A stretch of DNA of 25,704 nucleotides, taken from a virus. Lineage: Duplodnaviria > Caudoviricetes. Shown piece after piece: positions 7,928-18,256 of the stretch. Below the pieces are notes generated by a model. The model had not been told where the DNA came from and made no database searches. It saw only the letters and a list, made by a program, of their open reading frames with translations. Position 1 is the first letter of the stretch, and each line of letters opens with the position of its first letter. The stretch lies in IMG/VR virus record IMGVR_UViG_3300022407_005585, positions 1 through 25,704 of that record. The stretch is one strand, 5' to 3'. The position numbers were made by a program, and so were the translations under genes.

Positions 7928-10474
7928 ATGTCCAATTTAAAAACATCCATACTTGTTGCACAACAAGTACCTGAATACATAAATGATGAATATCCTTTAT
8001 TCATTTCTTTCCTTGAAGCATATTATGAATTCATGGAAGAAGCTCAAGGCAATCAAAAAAACAATGTATTGACTCTCAGCAAAAACATGAGATATGTTTC
8101 AGATGTAGACGCATCTATTGGCGCATTTGAAAAAAGTTTCTTTAATAACTTTGCCTCTTTGATTCCTAGAGATGTTGAGGTAAATAAAGAAACACTTATT
8201 AAAAATGTTTTACCTCTTTATATTTCTAGAGGCAATGAAAAGTCATTTAAGTTATTGTTTAGAATGTTGTTCAATGATGAAGTTGATGTTATCTTACCAA
8301 AAAATAATGTCTTGCGAATATCAGATGGTAAATGGACAGTTGACAATCTTTTAAAATTAGAAACTGATATTCGTAGCACATATACAGGTACAGGTTCAAA
8401 TACCACATTCTTTTTGGCTCAACAAGTTGATCCTGATGCGGTTGAAGTTTATGTTGACGATGTGTTAAAAACAATTAATACCGATTACACAATTCGAAAA
8501 GAATCTAGGAAGTTGGTTTTTAATTCTGCGCCTGTTTCAAACACAGCAATTAAAGTTGTATATGATGACTTTGATGTTACCCAACTAAACAATAGAAAAA
8601 TTACAGGCCAAACATCAGGTGCTACTGCTATTATTGAAAGTGCTTCAAAGCGTATTATTACCGACCGATTAAACTTTGGTTTGCCATTTGAATTAATTAT
8701 TGATAAGAAAACTTTAAGTGGCATATTTACCAATGGCGAACAAGTCATAACGGATATTATTGATCCTAATGGAACAAAGATAACACTTGTTGCGGATACA
8801 TTTTCAATATTAACATCCATTTTGGTTACAGGTTCTGGTGCTTCATATAATGTTGGTGACACCGTAACTATTCTTGGTGGTGGCGCAACAAGTGCTGCCA
8901 CGGCAGAAGTTGAATCTGTAACAGCTGGTCTAACAAATCGTATTGTTGTTAATTATGGCGGCGCAGGATTTAGTACTGCTTCTTTAATTTCAAGCTCTAA
9001 CACTCCAGGCAACTCATTTCTTACTGGCGCTGTTGATGGTGTTGATACTTCTGGCGCTAATACTAATATTACATTTTTAGTTAATGATGATATTATTAAT
9101 ACGTATTCAAATATTACTTTATCTGCGGTTGATTATGGGTTTCCTTCACAGGTTATTCCAGCTGGCGAAAATATCAATACACGAATTTTTGATGCATTAA
9201 GCTCACTTACAATTACTAACTTAGGCCCAATAACCAATGCTATTATTTTATTCTCTAATACATCTGTAAATACGGCTATACTAGATTCTCAAGGTTCTCT
9301 TTATTTCTTAGGCAGTACGTTAAGTGATATCAAATCTTTTCGGGCAGTTGGTAGAATTGATGTATATAATGGCGGAGTAAATTACAAAGTTGGTGATGAA
9401 ATTATTTTTGGTTCGAACCCTTCAGGCACATATGGATATGGCGCTGCAGCTGCGGTTACCGAAGTGGCTGGTTCAGGTACAATTACTAAAATAAAAGTTC
9501 AATCTCAAAGAGCTGCTGGCACCGCAAACATTTCAAATAATTCAATTGTTGTTACTGGAACAGGTACATCTTTTGGTGCAGCAGGAGAGCCTGGTGTTGG
9601 AGATAAAATTACTATTAGAAGTCAAGAACGATTTATTAATGCAGTCACATCTTCTACTACCGCAACCGTAAATGCAGCCTTCTCATTTAGTGATGGAACT
9701 GTATATTCAAACAATTCACCAATAGGTTCATTGTCGAGAGGTGTTATTGGTGGCATTAACTATACTCAAGGCAGTTTCCCAACAGTTACAGTTTCCTCAT
9801 CTAATGGTTCTGGTGCTAATATTGCAATCACATCTTTGATGGGTGATGGTGAAAATTTGAATGCTCTTACCGATACCGTTCCTGGTCAAATTTTAAGAAT
9901 TAGAGTTACATCAGGTGGTGCTGGTTATCAGTACATTCCACAAGTTGATTTGATAAACTTTGGAGATGGCTCTGCAACTGCAACAGCTCAAGTTGGTAAT
10001 TCTTATTCCACTTTATCTGGCCGATGGACAACATCTGATTCCATTCTATCAAGTTCTGAAAGAAAACTCCAAGGTAATAATTATTATGTGGATTATTCTT
10101 ACATAACATCCTCTCTGACAGAGTTTACAAAATATAAAGATGTTCTTCGCCAACTTTTACATCCATCTGGATTTGTAAACTATGCAGATTTGAATAAGAA
10201 TTTAACTATAACACAGAAAGACACAGCTGTTTCCAGAACTATTACTAACCAAATTTCTGGTACAGTATCAGTATCAAACGGGTCAATCTATGTTACTGGA
10301 GTAAACACCAAATTTAATATTGCAAACTCACTTGGATCAATCACACTTGGTACCAATGTTGCAGTTAATGGCGAATTAAGAATTGTAAATAGTATCATAA
10401 GTAACACAAATATTTCGGTTTCTTCTGCATGGACTATGAATGCCAGCGCTCAAACTTTAATTATAGTGACATAA
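7928..10474 (+). CDS. gp7: gp7-like baseplate wedge initiator with inserted beta domains
   Basis: QVPEYI..EYPLFISFLEAYYEFME, LIKN...LY.SRG.EKSFKLLFRMLFN, LRISDGKW and C-terminal LQGNNYYVDYSY.....YKDVLRQLLHPSGF. Located between gp6 and gp8. Confidence 0.75.
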   Translation: MSNLKTSILVAQQVPEYINDEYPLFISFLEAYYEFMEEAQGNQKNNVLTLSKNMRYVSDVDASIGAFEKSFFNNFASLIPRDVEVNKETLIKNVLPLYISRGNEKSFKLLFRMLFNDEVDVILPKNNVLRISDGKWTVDNLLKLETDIRSTYTGTGSNTTFFLAQQVDPDAVEVYVDDVLKTINTDYTIRKESRKLVFNSAPVSNTAIKVVYDDFDVTQLNNRKITGQTSGATAIIESASKRIITDRLNFGLPFELIIDKKTLSGIFTNGEQVITDIIDPNGTKITLVADTFSILTSILVTGSGASYNVGDTVTILGGGATSAATAEVESVTAGLTNRIVVNYGGAGFSTASLISSSNTPGNSFLTGAVDGVDTSGANTNITFLVNDDIINTYSNITLSAVDYGFPSQVIPAGENINTRIFDALSSLTITNLGPITNAIILFSNTSVNTAILDSQGSLYFLGSTLSDIKSFRAVGRIDVYNGGVNYKVGDEIIFGSNPSGTYGYGAAAAVTEVAGSGTITKIKVQSQRAAGTANISNNSIVVTGTGTSFGAAGEPGVGDKITIRSQERFINAVTSSTTATVNAAFSFSDGTVYSNNSPIGSLSRGVIGGINYTQGSFPTVTVSSSNGSGANIAITSLMGDGENLNALTDTVPGQILRIRVTSGGAGYQYIPQVDLINFGDGSATATAQVGNSYSTLSGRWTTSDSILSSSERKLQGNNYYVDYSYITSSLTEFTKYKDVLRQLLHPSGFVNYADLNKNLTITQKDTAVSRTITNQISGTVSVSNGSIYVTGVNTKFNIANSLGSITLGTNVAVNGELRIVNSIISNTNISVSSAWTMNASAQTLIIVT

Positions 10475-10479
10475 ATAGA
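10470..10479 (+). promoter_or_regulatory. T4-type late promoter (CATAAATAGA)
   Basis: Overlaps the gp7 stop, 4 nt before the gp8 ATG, with the same context as 5450-5464. Confidence 0.65.
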
Positions 10480-10483
10480 TTTT

Positions 10484-12085
10484 ATGGCAGCAATAACTAA
10501 CAAAAAATTATCTTTTAATACAGCAGAACAATTCAAAGAATCGTTCTCGGAGGCTAATCCAACTATAGCATATGTCTTTATTGGAAACCATGTCCCCTAT
10601 GCAAATGAGTCTTCTCCAGATTCTATTGTCGATACAATATCAGCAGAAAAAAATACTTGGGATAACATCTTTGCTGCGAAAAGAGCAACGGGAAATGATG
10701 TTGAATTAGTGGTTCCAAAGATTAACTGGACCTCAAATACCAAATATCGTCAATATGATGATACAGTTGAAGTTTCAACATTATTGTCTTCAAACACCAC
10801 ACAAAATTTGAAACCGATGTATGTAATCACATCGGCAAGAAATGTTTACAAGTGTGTTTCCAATAATGCATCTGCAAACTCCACAGTCGAACCTTCAGGT
10901 GACTATACAACTTCTAACGGTAACATCTCTACAGGTGATGGGTTTGTTTGGAAGTATATGTACAATGTTAAACCATCAAATAAATTTTTAACAACGCAAT
11001 GGATACCAGCACCGACCTCTACAGCTGCATTAGACTATGGCGTCAATAGTTCTGGCGTTGTTGATGGAGAACTAACTACAATTGTTGTTACTAATCCAGG
11101 TGTTAATTATAGACAAGCTTCTAACATTAGGGTTGATTCTTTTACCTCTGGCCAAACATCGCTAAAGCTATCAAACACCTCACTAACTTTGTCTGTATTC
11201 AGTATTCCAACTTTGTTCAATTTAAGTAACTTGACCATTAGTGGAACAGGTATATTGGCAGATACTTTTATTAGTTCTATTTCAAACACAACAGGTATTA
11301 TAACACTCTCATCTGCCACAAGTGGAGTTGGTGGTAATGCTAATAACATAACAATCTCAACCAGAGTTTATATTGCTGGTGATGGTATTGGTGCTGTCGC
11401 AAGCGCTACACTTTCCAACACTTCTTCTGGTGCTTCAGCAGCTCAAGCTAATATATCAAAGATTACTGTTTCTACTATTGGTTCTGATTATACCACAGCA
11501 AATGCATTCATTTACGGCTCAGGTTCTGGTGCTCAAACTAGAGTTATTTTACCGCCAAAGTTTGGCCACTCTTTTAATCCTGCTAAAGAATTAAGTGCAA
11601 ATAATGTAATGGTTGCTGTTAGAATTGGTGAAATTGATTCTACTGAACAAGGATTAATTTCAATTGATACTTCGTTTAGACAAATTGGACTGTTGAGGGA
11701 TCCATATAAATATGGATCAACTGTCGCAGCAAATACTGCTACAGCTAATTCTGTTATATCACAGACTACCAATTTAGATGTTGTTGCTGGAACTTCTTTT
11801 TCTTTGAATGAATATGTTTATCAAGGATCAGTATCTAATCCAAATGCCTACGGTTTTATTAACGCACAGACTACCAACGGAGTTAGATTAACAAAAGTCA
11901 AAGGGACATTTGTTACTGGTCTTCCACTCATTGGTTTTAACTCTGGCTCTTCTAGAACAGTTACCGCAACAGCTCAACCAGAATTCGAACCATATACAGG
12001 TGATATAATGTATACGGAAAATATAACAAAACTCGACCGGGCAGATGGCCAGGCGGAAAATATTAAACTAGTCGTAAGTTTTTAA
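10484..12085 (+). CDS. gp8: gp8-like baseplate wedge subunit
   Basis: YVFIG, VVPKINW....Y..YDD, YVITSARNVYKCVSNN, GDGFVWKYMY, PP.FGH..NPAKEL, FRQIGLLRDP and C-terminal GDIMY.EN....R..GQAENIKLVVSF. Confidence 0.85.
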   Translation: MAAITNKKLSFNTAEQFKESFSEANPTIAYVFIGNHVPYANESSPDSIVDTISAEKNTWDNIFAAKRATGNDVELVVPKINWTSNTKYRQYDDTVEVSTLLSSNTTQNLKPMYVITSARNVYKCVSNNASANSTVEPSGDYTTSNGNISTGDGFVWKYMYNVKPSNKFLTTQWIPAPTSTAALDYGVNSSGVVDGELTTIVVTNPGVNYRQASNIRVDSFTSGQTSLKLSNTSLTLSVFSIPTLFNLSNLTISGTGILADTFISSISNTTGIITLSSATSGVGGNANNITISTRVYIAGDGIGAVASATLSNTSSGASAAQANISKITVSTIGSDYTTANAFIYGSGSGAQTRVILPPKFGHSFNPAKELSANNVMVAVRIGEIDSTEQGLISIDTSFRQIGLLRDPYKYGSTVAANTATANSVISQTTNLDVVAGTSFSLNEYVYQGSVSNPNAYGFINAQTTNGVRLTKVKGTFVTGLPLIGFNSGSSRTVTATAQPEFEPYTGDIMYTENITKLDRADGQAENIKLVVSF

Positions 12086-12094
12086 GGACGGTCA

Positions 12095-15000
12095 ATGGCT
12101 CTTGATACCAATTTTAATGTAAATCCATATTATGATGACTATGATGAAGATAAGAAATTTCTTCGCATGTTATTTAAGCCAGGCTATGCTGTTCAGGCTC
12201 GTGAGTTAACACAACTTCAAACAATTTTACAGAAACAAGTACAGAGATTTGGTAATCATGTATTTAAAAATGGCTCTGTTGTAACAGGTGGCCAAACTTT
12301 TTTCCAAAATGTAATTTCTTTAAAGTTAGATTCAACTTTTCTAGGTTCTGCGGTAACAGTTAGTAACTTTACTGATAAAACACTCGTTGATAATAATACC
12401 AATCCTACGCAAAGAGCTTTTGTACTTAAAACTTTTGATGCTGACGCAGGCACTGGTGATCCTAAAACTTTATTGATTAAAGAAATTTATGGCACTCCAT
12501 TTGTAGCTGGTAACACAATTAAAACTTTTGAGACTAACACCGTATCTGCAAATATAGCTACAGCAGGTGTTGGCACTGGCCAAGTTTTTTCAGTCAATGA
12601 AGGCGTATATTATTATGAAGGATTCTTTGTTAAAACGGATGCACAAACTATTGCCGTTTCAAAGTATTCACAAACAGCCAATGCACGAATTGGTTTTGAA
12701 ATTACAGAATCAACAGTATCTTATACTTCCGATACTTCATTGTTGGATCCAGCTCAAGACGCCTCCAACTTTCAAGCTCCAGGTTCCGACCGTTACAAGA
12801 TTCAAATGACTCTTACAATGAGAAGTCTCGAATCTATAGACGATACAAAATTTATAGAACTTGCTCGAATTGAAGAAGGCACTTTGACCAAGTACGATAG
12901 ATTTCCAATTTATGCAGTATTGGAAGATACTCTTGCTCGAAGAACGTATGACGAATCTGGCAATTACACAGTTAAACCATTTAAATTAGCGATTGAAACA
13001 TCATCTGCAAACTCTGCTAACATGAGTCTTATCTTGTCACCAGGTAAAGCTTATGTTTATGGTTATGAACTTGAAACAGTTGGATCAACAATAATTAATA
13101 TTCCAAAACCAAGAGAATTAGCTTCTGTAACAGGTAAGCGTATTACAGCCGACTATGGATATTATGTCTATGCTAATACTCTCTATGGCACGTTGCCAAT
13201 CAATAGTCTCCAGACAGTAGACCTACATTGTGTTCCAAACAGTTCAATCAATGTAACATCCACTGCAACAATTTCAAATACAAAAGTTGGTACAGCTAGA
13301 ATTAAATCGGTTCAATTTGATTCAACTTCAAATACATCTAATGCCTCAACATATGAATACAAGGTATTTTTAACAGATGTAAATGTTGGTTCATTAACCG
13401 GTTCCGTAAATAGTGCAATTAATATAACACATGTTCAAATTGCAAACACACTAGGATTGGCTAATAATCGTTTAACAACCGATAATGCTTATCGTGGTGC
13501 CAAATTTAGAATTACTTCAGGTCCAGGCGCTGGAGAATTAGCAAAAATTATTACTAACTATAGTGGCGTAAATCAGACAATTCAGTTATCTGAGCCATTC
13601 ATTACACCACTAACAACAGCTTCTACATACTCAATTGATTTTGAATTTAATGATGTTAAGTCTGTTGTTGTTACATCTGGCGCCGGTGCAGCTGCAAGAG
13701 TTGCTGCGGTTGATATTGACGACCGGTCAAAAGACCACTCAACGGCATTTGATGACACTTATATTTCTGATACAACTTCAGAACAATTATTGTTTGCTTT
13801 AGGTGAAAACTTTGTTGCCAATAATACAATTACAGGTCTCTCATTATCATATAGAAGATTGTATGAGTCGCTAACATTTGCATCAGGCCTGTCTCCAACA
13901 TTGTCAGTAGGTGCTGGCGAAGCTTTATCTACAGCATCTTCCACAAGTACAAGGCAATCAAATTATCAAGTCGTGGTTACAAATGCTGGTACTTCTTCAT
14001 ATCAACTTGGTAAAACAATTCCTACTGACTTGTTTACAGTTGATATTGCCACAAGAAGAATTACAGTTACTAATGGTTTGAATTTAACTGCTAACGTCTA
14101 TGCAACCATTGATTCCACTTCTCCTAATGAGAAAACGAAAACATACGTGCAGGCAAACACAGATTTGCAATTAACATCAGGTTTAAATCTTTTCAGTAAT
14201 GGTGCCGTAAACCTATTCACAACACCTGGTCAACTCCATATTTCGGCAAACACAGTTGTTAAGTCACCTACAGTATCTCAGTCATTGTATGTTCCTGATG
14301 TAATTAGAGTTGTTTCCGTATTAGACTTTAACAATACAAACATTACACAGGCCAATGTGGCAAGTGCTATTGATATTACATCAAGGTACACGTTAGATAA
14401 TGGCCAAAGAGATTCTTATTATGACCATGCATCTATTAAATTAAAACCTGGTGTTTCTGCTCCAGTCGGTCCACTCGTTGTCAAATTTGATAAGTTCTCA
14501 TCATCTGGTGCTGGATTCTTTAATGTGGATTCTTATGATGCAGCTTTTGGTTATGAGAATGTGGGTTCATATACATCAACCAATGGTATTGAATATTCTC
14601 TCCGTGACTGTTTAGACTTTAGACCAGTTCGTGCTGCGGCAACTGTTGCAACGGCAAATACTGTAACATTTGATGTTGACTCATCTACAACCGGTCCAAA
14701 AATTCCAGAAAATGGTTCTGATATTATTTTGAGTTATCAATATTATTTGCCAAGACATGATAAAATTATTCTAAACAAAGATAGAACATTTGAAGTTATT
14801 AAAGGCATCTCTAGTTTATATCCAGAAGATCCAAAAGATAAAGACAATGCTATGACATTGTATATCTTGCGTAGTCCTGCATATGTTGCCAACACATCTA
14901 ATGTTACAACACAATATATCAACCACAGAAGATACACAATGCGTGACATTGGTGCTATTGAAAAACGTGTTGAAAATATTGAGTATTACACAGCATTGTC

Positions 15001-18000
15001 ACTACTTGAACAGAACGCAATTTCTAAACAAGACTTGACAATTTTGGACTCTGCAAACTTGCCTAGATTTAAAAATGGTATTGTTGTTGATTCTTTTGAT
15101 GGCCATTCAGTTGCCGATGTGGCAAAAGTTGACTATCGTGCATCTATTGATTCACAAGCAAAAGAATTGAGACCATCATTTAACATTACACCAATCACAT
15201 TGGAATTTGATGCGGCCAATTCATCTGGCTTCCAACAAAATGGTTCATCAATTATCATATCAACAACTGATACCACATTCATCAGTCAACCAAAAGCTTC
15301 TAGATCGTTGAGTGTTAACCCATTCAATGTGACTAGTTATATTGGTAAAGTTTTTATTGACCCAACAACAGATATTTGGTTAGATACAAATAGACTGCCA
15401 CAAGTTGTTATTAATGTTGGTGGTACTAAAGATGTATGGGATAAAATTACATCCTCAACATCTCCTTTTGATTTCACTTGGGGCAATTGGCAAGAAAACT
15501 GGACAGGAAGAACAGTCACAACTGAACAAGACAACCTTGAAACTACAAGACAATTTGGTACAGCAACACGTTCAGGTATAGTTTCTAGGGTTGTGCCAGA
15601 GACCATCACACAAAGTATTGGTGATAGACTTATAGACTTTTCTATTATTCCGTTTATGCGTGAGAAAGGTATTGTAGTTGTTGGCTCTGATTTTAAACCA
15701 AATATCACAATGTTTCCTTTCTTTGATACTACATTGATTGAAAGTTTTACATCTCGGGCTAATAAGTTTATTCTGCGTGAAAACAAATTAAATTACCGCA
15801 CAGAGGTAAGTAATTTTGAACTAGTTAATATTTTCAATAACACAACCTCAACCACAAACGGTACGGCTGTTATTGTAAGAACTTCAAATACTGAAGCATT
15901 TATTATTAACAACCAGCCTAGCGGATCATATAACTTGGCTTCCGCCAACTTGATTGGCCAAAGCACAGGAACAACTGCTAGAATAGTTGGTTATGAACAC
16001 TATAGTGGTTTGTGTCAAGGTGCTGCGGCATCTTCTATCACACTAGATTTGGATGCTACAACAGCCAATAACATTACCGATTATAACGCAGCTACAATCT
16101 TTGTTGTTTCAGGAACTGGTGCTGGTCAACAAGCAACTATTTCAACATATAATCCAGCTACAAGAGTGGCATCAATTTCATCTTCTTGGACTACAACGCC
16201 AGTTGCAAACAATTCAGTATACTCAATTGGCAGATTAAAAACTACCGCAGCAGGTGATGTTGCAGGTTTATTTACTATACCTGCTTCCACTTTCCGCATT
16301 GGTGAGAAACGCTTAAGATTGATTGATAATAATATCAATGATGTTGTAACTTCATCCACAAACGGAGATACTTCATTCTTTGCACAAGGTTTAATTCAAA
16401 CTGTAGAAGAAACAATTCTTTCAATTACACAACCAACAATTCAAAGAAGTGCGGTAAACGCAGAACAACCTATTTCTAGGATTATAGGACAAAGAAGAAT
16501 CCCAGATCCTGATATATCTGGATGGTTTGATCCACTTGCACAAACATTCTTAGTTGACCCATTAACATACCCACAAGGTGTGTATATAAGTCGTTTGAGT
16601 GTTTGCTTTAAAACAAAAGATGATACTGTTCCAGTTACATTGCAATTGAGGCCAACGGTTAACGGTGTTCCATCTGCATCAATCATTTATCCAAATGGTA
16701 CTGTTGTATTGACTCCTGATAAAGTTAACACAACTGATTCTCCAGATTTGGATGATGCTACAAAATATACTGAGTTTAAGTTTGATGCACCTGTATACAT
16801 GCAGCCTGGTGAACATTCATTCGTATTGTTCTCCAACTCAAACAAGTATGAAGCTTATATTGCTGAGATTGGTAAGTTAGATATTGTCCAACAAAGACAG
16901 ATTTCAGAACAGCCATATGGTGGTTCTCTATTCCTATCTCAAAACGGTTCTACTTGGACTGCTGATCAAAATTCAGACATGTTGTTTAGAATTTACCGAA
17001 ATGTATTTTCAACATCACCTGCACAATTGCGATTTAGAGCAATTGCACCAGCTGCAAATGTGCCATATGATTTAATGCACCTAATCACAAATGATGTGGT
17101 TATTTCTAATACGTCTGTATCTTACCAATTTAATTCTGTAGTTGATGCTGGCGGTGGTTCAGCTGGTTTTAAACCAATTACGCCACTTAAAGACTATTAC
17201 ATGGATGATGGCGGAGGTCGCCGTGTAATTACAACAAGCAATAACTCTTTGATTGTAAATGCAACATTGACTTCATTGAATCCAGCAGTTACTCCAGTTG
17301 TAGATTCAACTCGTTTTGGCGCTTTAACAATTCGTAATATCATCAATGATTTGCCACTAAGAAATTCTGAGGTATTTGTTACTTCATCAGGCACAGGTTA
17401 CGCAAACACTAGTGATGTTACGGTAACTATTACAGGCGGTGGTGGTTCAGGTGCAACCGCTGTGGCAAATGTTGTAAGTAATACAGTTAATTCAGTTTAC
17501 ATTACAAATCCAGGTTCTGGTTATACAACTTCTCCTATAATCACATTAACGCCTGGCTCAGGTGGTGGTTCTGGTGCTGTTGCAATTTACAATGGTGAAG
17601 ATAAACAGTTTGGCGGAAACTCTTATGTTCGTTATATTCTCCGTAAAATTATTTTGAATGATGGTTTCGATTCGGGTGATTTGCGTGTATACTTAACAGC
17701 TTTCAAACCAGCTGATGCAAAAATACTTGTTTATTACAAGATTCTTTCTAAGTCCGATTCTGATTTGTTCGATAATAAGAACTATCAGTTAATGACAGAA
17801 CTTGGCAACGAAAACTTTGTTGCTGTTAACCGAAATGATTATCGTGAATTGGTATTTGCACCTGGAACTGGTGGTGTAGCAAACAATTCTGTTAGTTATA
17901 CAACTGATACAACCGGTTTCTCAACATTTAGAACCTTCTCAATTAAGATTGTAATGGCAGGTACAGATACAATCGATGTTCCAAAGATTCGTGATGTTCG

Positions 18001-18025
18001 TGCAATTGCATTCCCAGCAGGTTAA
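12095..18025 (+). CDS. Large virion structural protein (VrlC / DUF4815-like)
   Basis: TNFNVNPYYDDYD..K.F.R.LFKPGYAVQARELTQLQTILQ.Q, APGSDR, LARRTYDESGNY, DNGQRDSYYD, RRYTMRDIG.IEKR.E.IEYYTALSLLE, RFKNG.VVDSF, DPLAQTF and GSLF.SQNGSTWTA.Q motifs, typical of T4-like cyanophage-type phages. Confidence 0.88.
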   Translation: MALDTNFNVNPYYDDYDEDKKFLRMLFKPGYAVQARELTQLQTILQKQVQRFGNHVFKNGSVVTGGQTFFQNVISLKLDSTFLGSAVTVSNFTDKTLVDNNTNPTQRAFVLKTFDADAGTGDPKTLLIKEIYGTPFVAGNTIKTFETNTVSANIATAGVGTGQVFSVNEGVYYYEGFFVKTDAQTIAVSKYSQTANARIGFEITESTVSYTSDTSLLDPAQDASNFQAPGSDRYKIQMTLTMRSLESIDDTKFIELARIEEGTLTKYDRFPIYAVLEDTLARRTYDESGNYTVKPFKLAIETSSANSANMSLILSPGKAYVYGYELETVGSTIINIPKPRELASVTGKRITADYGYYVYANTLYGTLPINSLQTVDLHCVPNSSINVTSTATISNTKVGTARIKSVQFDSTSNTSNASTYEYKVFLTDVNVGSLTGSVNSAINITHVQIANTLGLANNRLTTDNAYRGAKFRITSGPGAGELAKIITNYSGVNQTIQLSEPFITPLTTASTYSIDFEFNDVKSVVVTSGAGAAARVAAVDIDDRSKDHSTAFDDTYISDTTSEQLLFALGENFVANNTITGLSLSYRRLYESLTFASGLSPTLSVGAGEALSTASSTSTRQSNYQVVVTNAGTSSYQLGKTIPTDLFTVDIATRRITVTNGLNLTANVYATIDSTSPNEKTKTYVQANTDLQLTSGLNLFSNGAVNLFTTPGQLHISANTVVKSPTVSQSLYVPDVIRVVSVLDFNNTNITQANVASAIDITSRYTLDNGQRDSYYDHASIKLKPGVSAPVGPLVVKFDKFSSSGAGFFNVDSYDAAFGYENVGSYTSTNGIEYSLRDCLDFRPVRAAATVATANTVTFDVDSSTTGPKIPENGSDIILSYQYYLPRHDKIILNKDRTFEVIKGISSLYPEDPKDKDNAMTLYILRSPAYVANTSNVTTQYINHRRYTMRDIGAIEKRVENIEYYTALSLLEQNAISKQDLTILDSANLPRFKNGIVVDSFDGHSVADVAKVDYRASIDSQAKELRPSFNITPITLEFDAANSSGFQQNGSSIIISTTDTTFISQPKASRSLSVNPFNVTSYIGKVFIDPTTDIWLDTNRLPQVVINVGGTKDVWDKITSSTSPFDFTWGNWQENWTGRTVTTEQDNLETTRQFGTATRSGIVSRVVPETITQSIGDRLIDFSIIPFMREKGIVVVGSDFKPNITMFPFFDTTLIESFTSRANKFILRENKLNYRTEVSNFELVNIFNNTTSTTNGTAVIVRTSNTEAFIINNQPSGSYNLASANLIGQSTGTTARIVGYEHYSGLCQGAAASSITLDLDATTANNITDYNAATIFVVSGTGAGQQATISTYNPATRVASISSSWTTTPVANNSVYSIGRLKTTAAGDVAGLFTIPASTFRIGEKRLRLIDNNINDVVTSSTNGDTSFFAQGLIQTVEETILSITQPTIQRSAVNAEQPISRIIGQRRIPDPDISGWFDPLAQTFLVDPLTYPQGVYISRLSVCFKTKDDTVPVTLQLRPTVNGVPSASIIYPNGTVVLTPDKVNTTDSPDLDDATKYTEFKFDAPVYMQPGEHSFVLFSNSNKYEAYIAEIGKLDIVQQRQISEQPYGGSLFLSQNGSTWTADQNSDMLFRIYRNVFSTSPAQLRFRAIAPAANVPYDLMHLITNDVVISNTSVSYQFNSVVDAGGGSAGFKPITPLKDYYMDDGGGRRVITTSNNSLIVNATLTSLNPAVTPVVDSTRFGALTIRNIINDLPLRNSEVFVTSSGTGYANTSDVTVTITGGGGSGATAVANVVSNTVNSVYITNPGSGYTTSPIITLTPGSGGGSGAVAIYNGEDKQFGGNSYVRYILRKIILNDGFDSGDLRVYLTAFKPADAKILVYYKILSKSDSDLFDNKNYQLMTELGNENFVAVNRNDYRELVFAPGTGGVANNSVSYTTDTTGFSTFRTFSIKIVMAGTDTIDVPKIRDVRAIAFPAG

Positions 18026-18028
18026 AAT

Positions 18029-18256
18029 ATGCCATTAGTACAAGTTAACGATTCTACTTTTGTTCGAGATACTCATTCCAAAGCCATTCTAAATACAGAC
18101 ATAAATGGTTTAAATGAGTATCGTATGAAGCGTGAAATCTCTAAACGCCAGCAAGAAGAAAAACAACAAGATAAACAACGACTGGATAAGCTAGAACAAG
18201 ATATGCAAGATATTAAACAGTTGTTATTGCAAATTGCTGCAAATCAGGATAAGTAA
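18029..18256 (+). CDS. Small conserved coiled-coil protein
   Basis: 75 aa, FVRD..SKAILNTD followed by a coiled coil. This type of ORF usually follows the VrlC-like gene. TAATG overlap with the next gene. Confidence 0.75.
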   Translation: MPLVQVNDSTFVRDTHSKAILNTDINGLNEYRMKREISKRQQEEKQQDKQRLDKLEQDMQDIKQLLLQIAANQDK

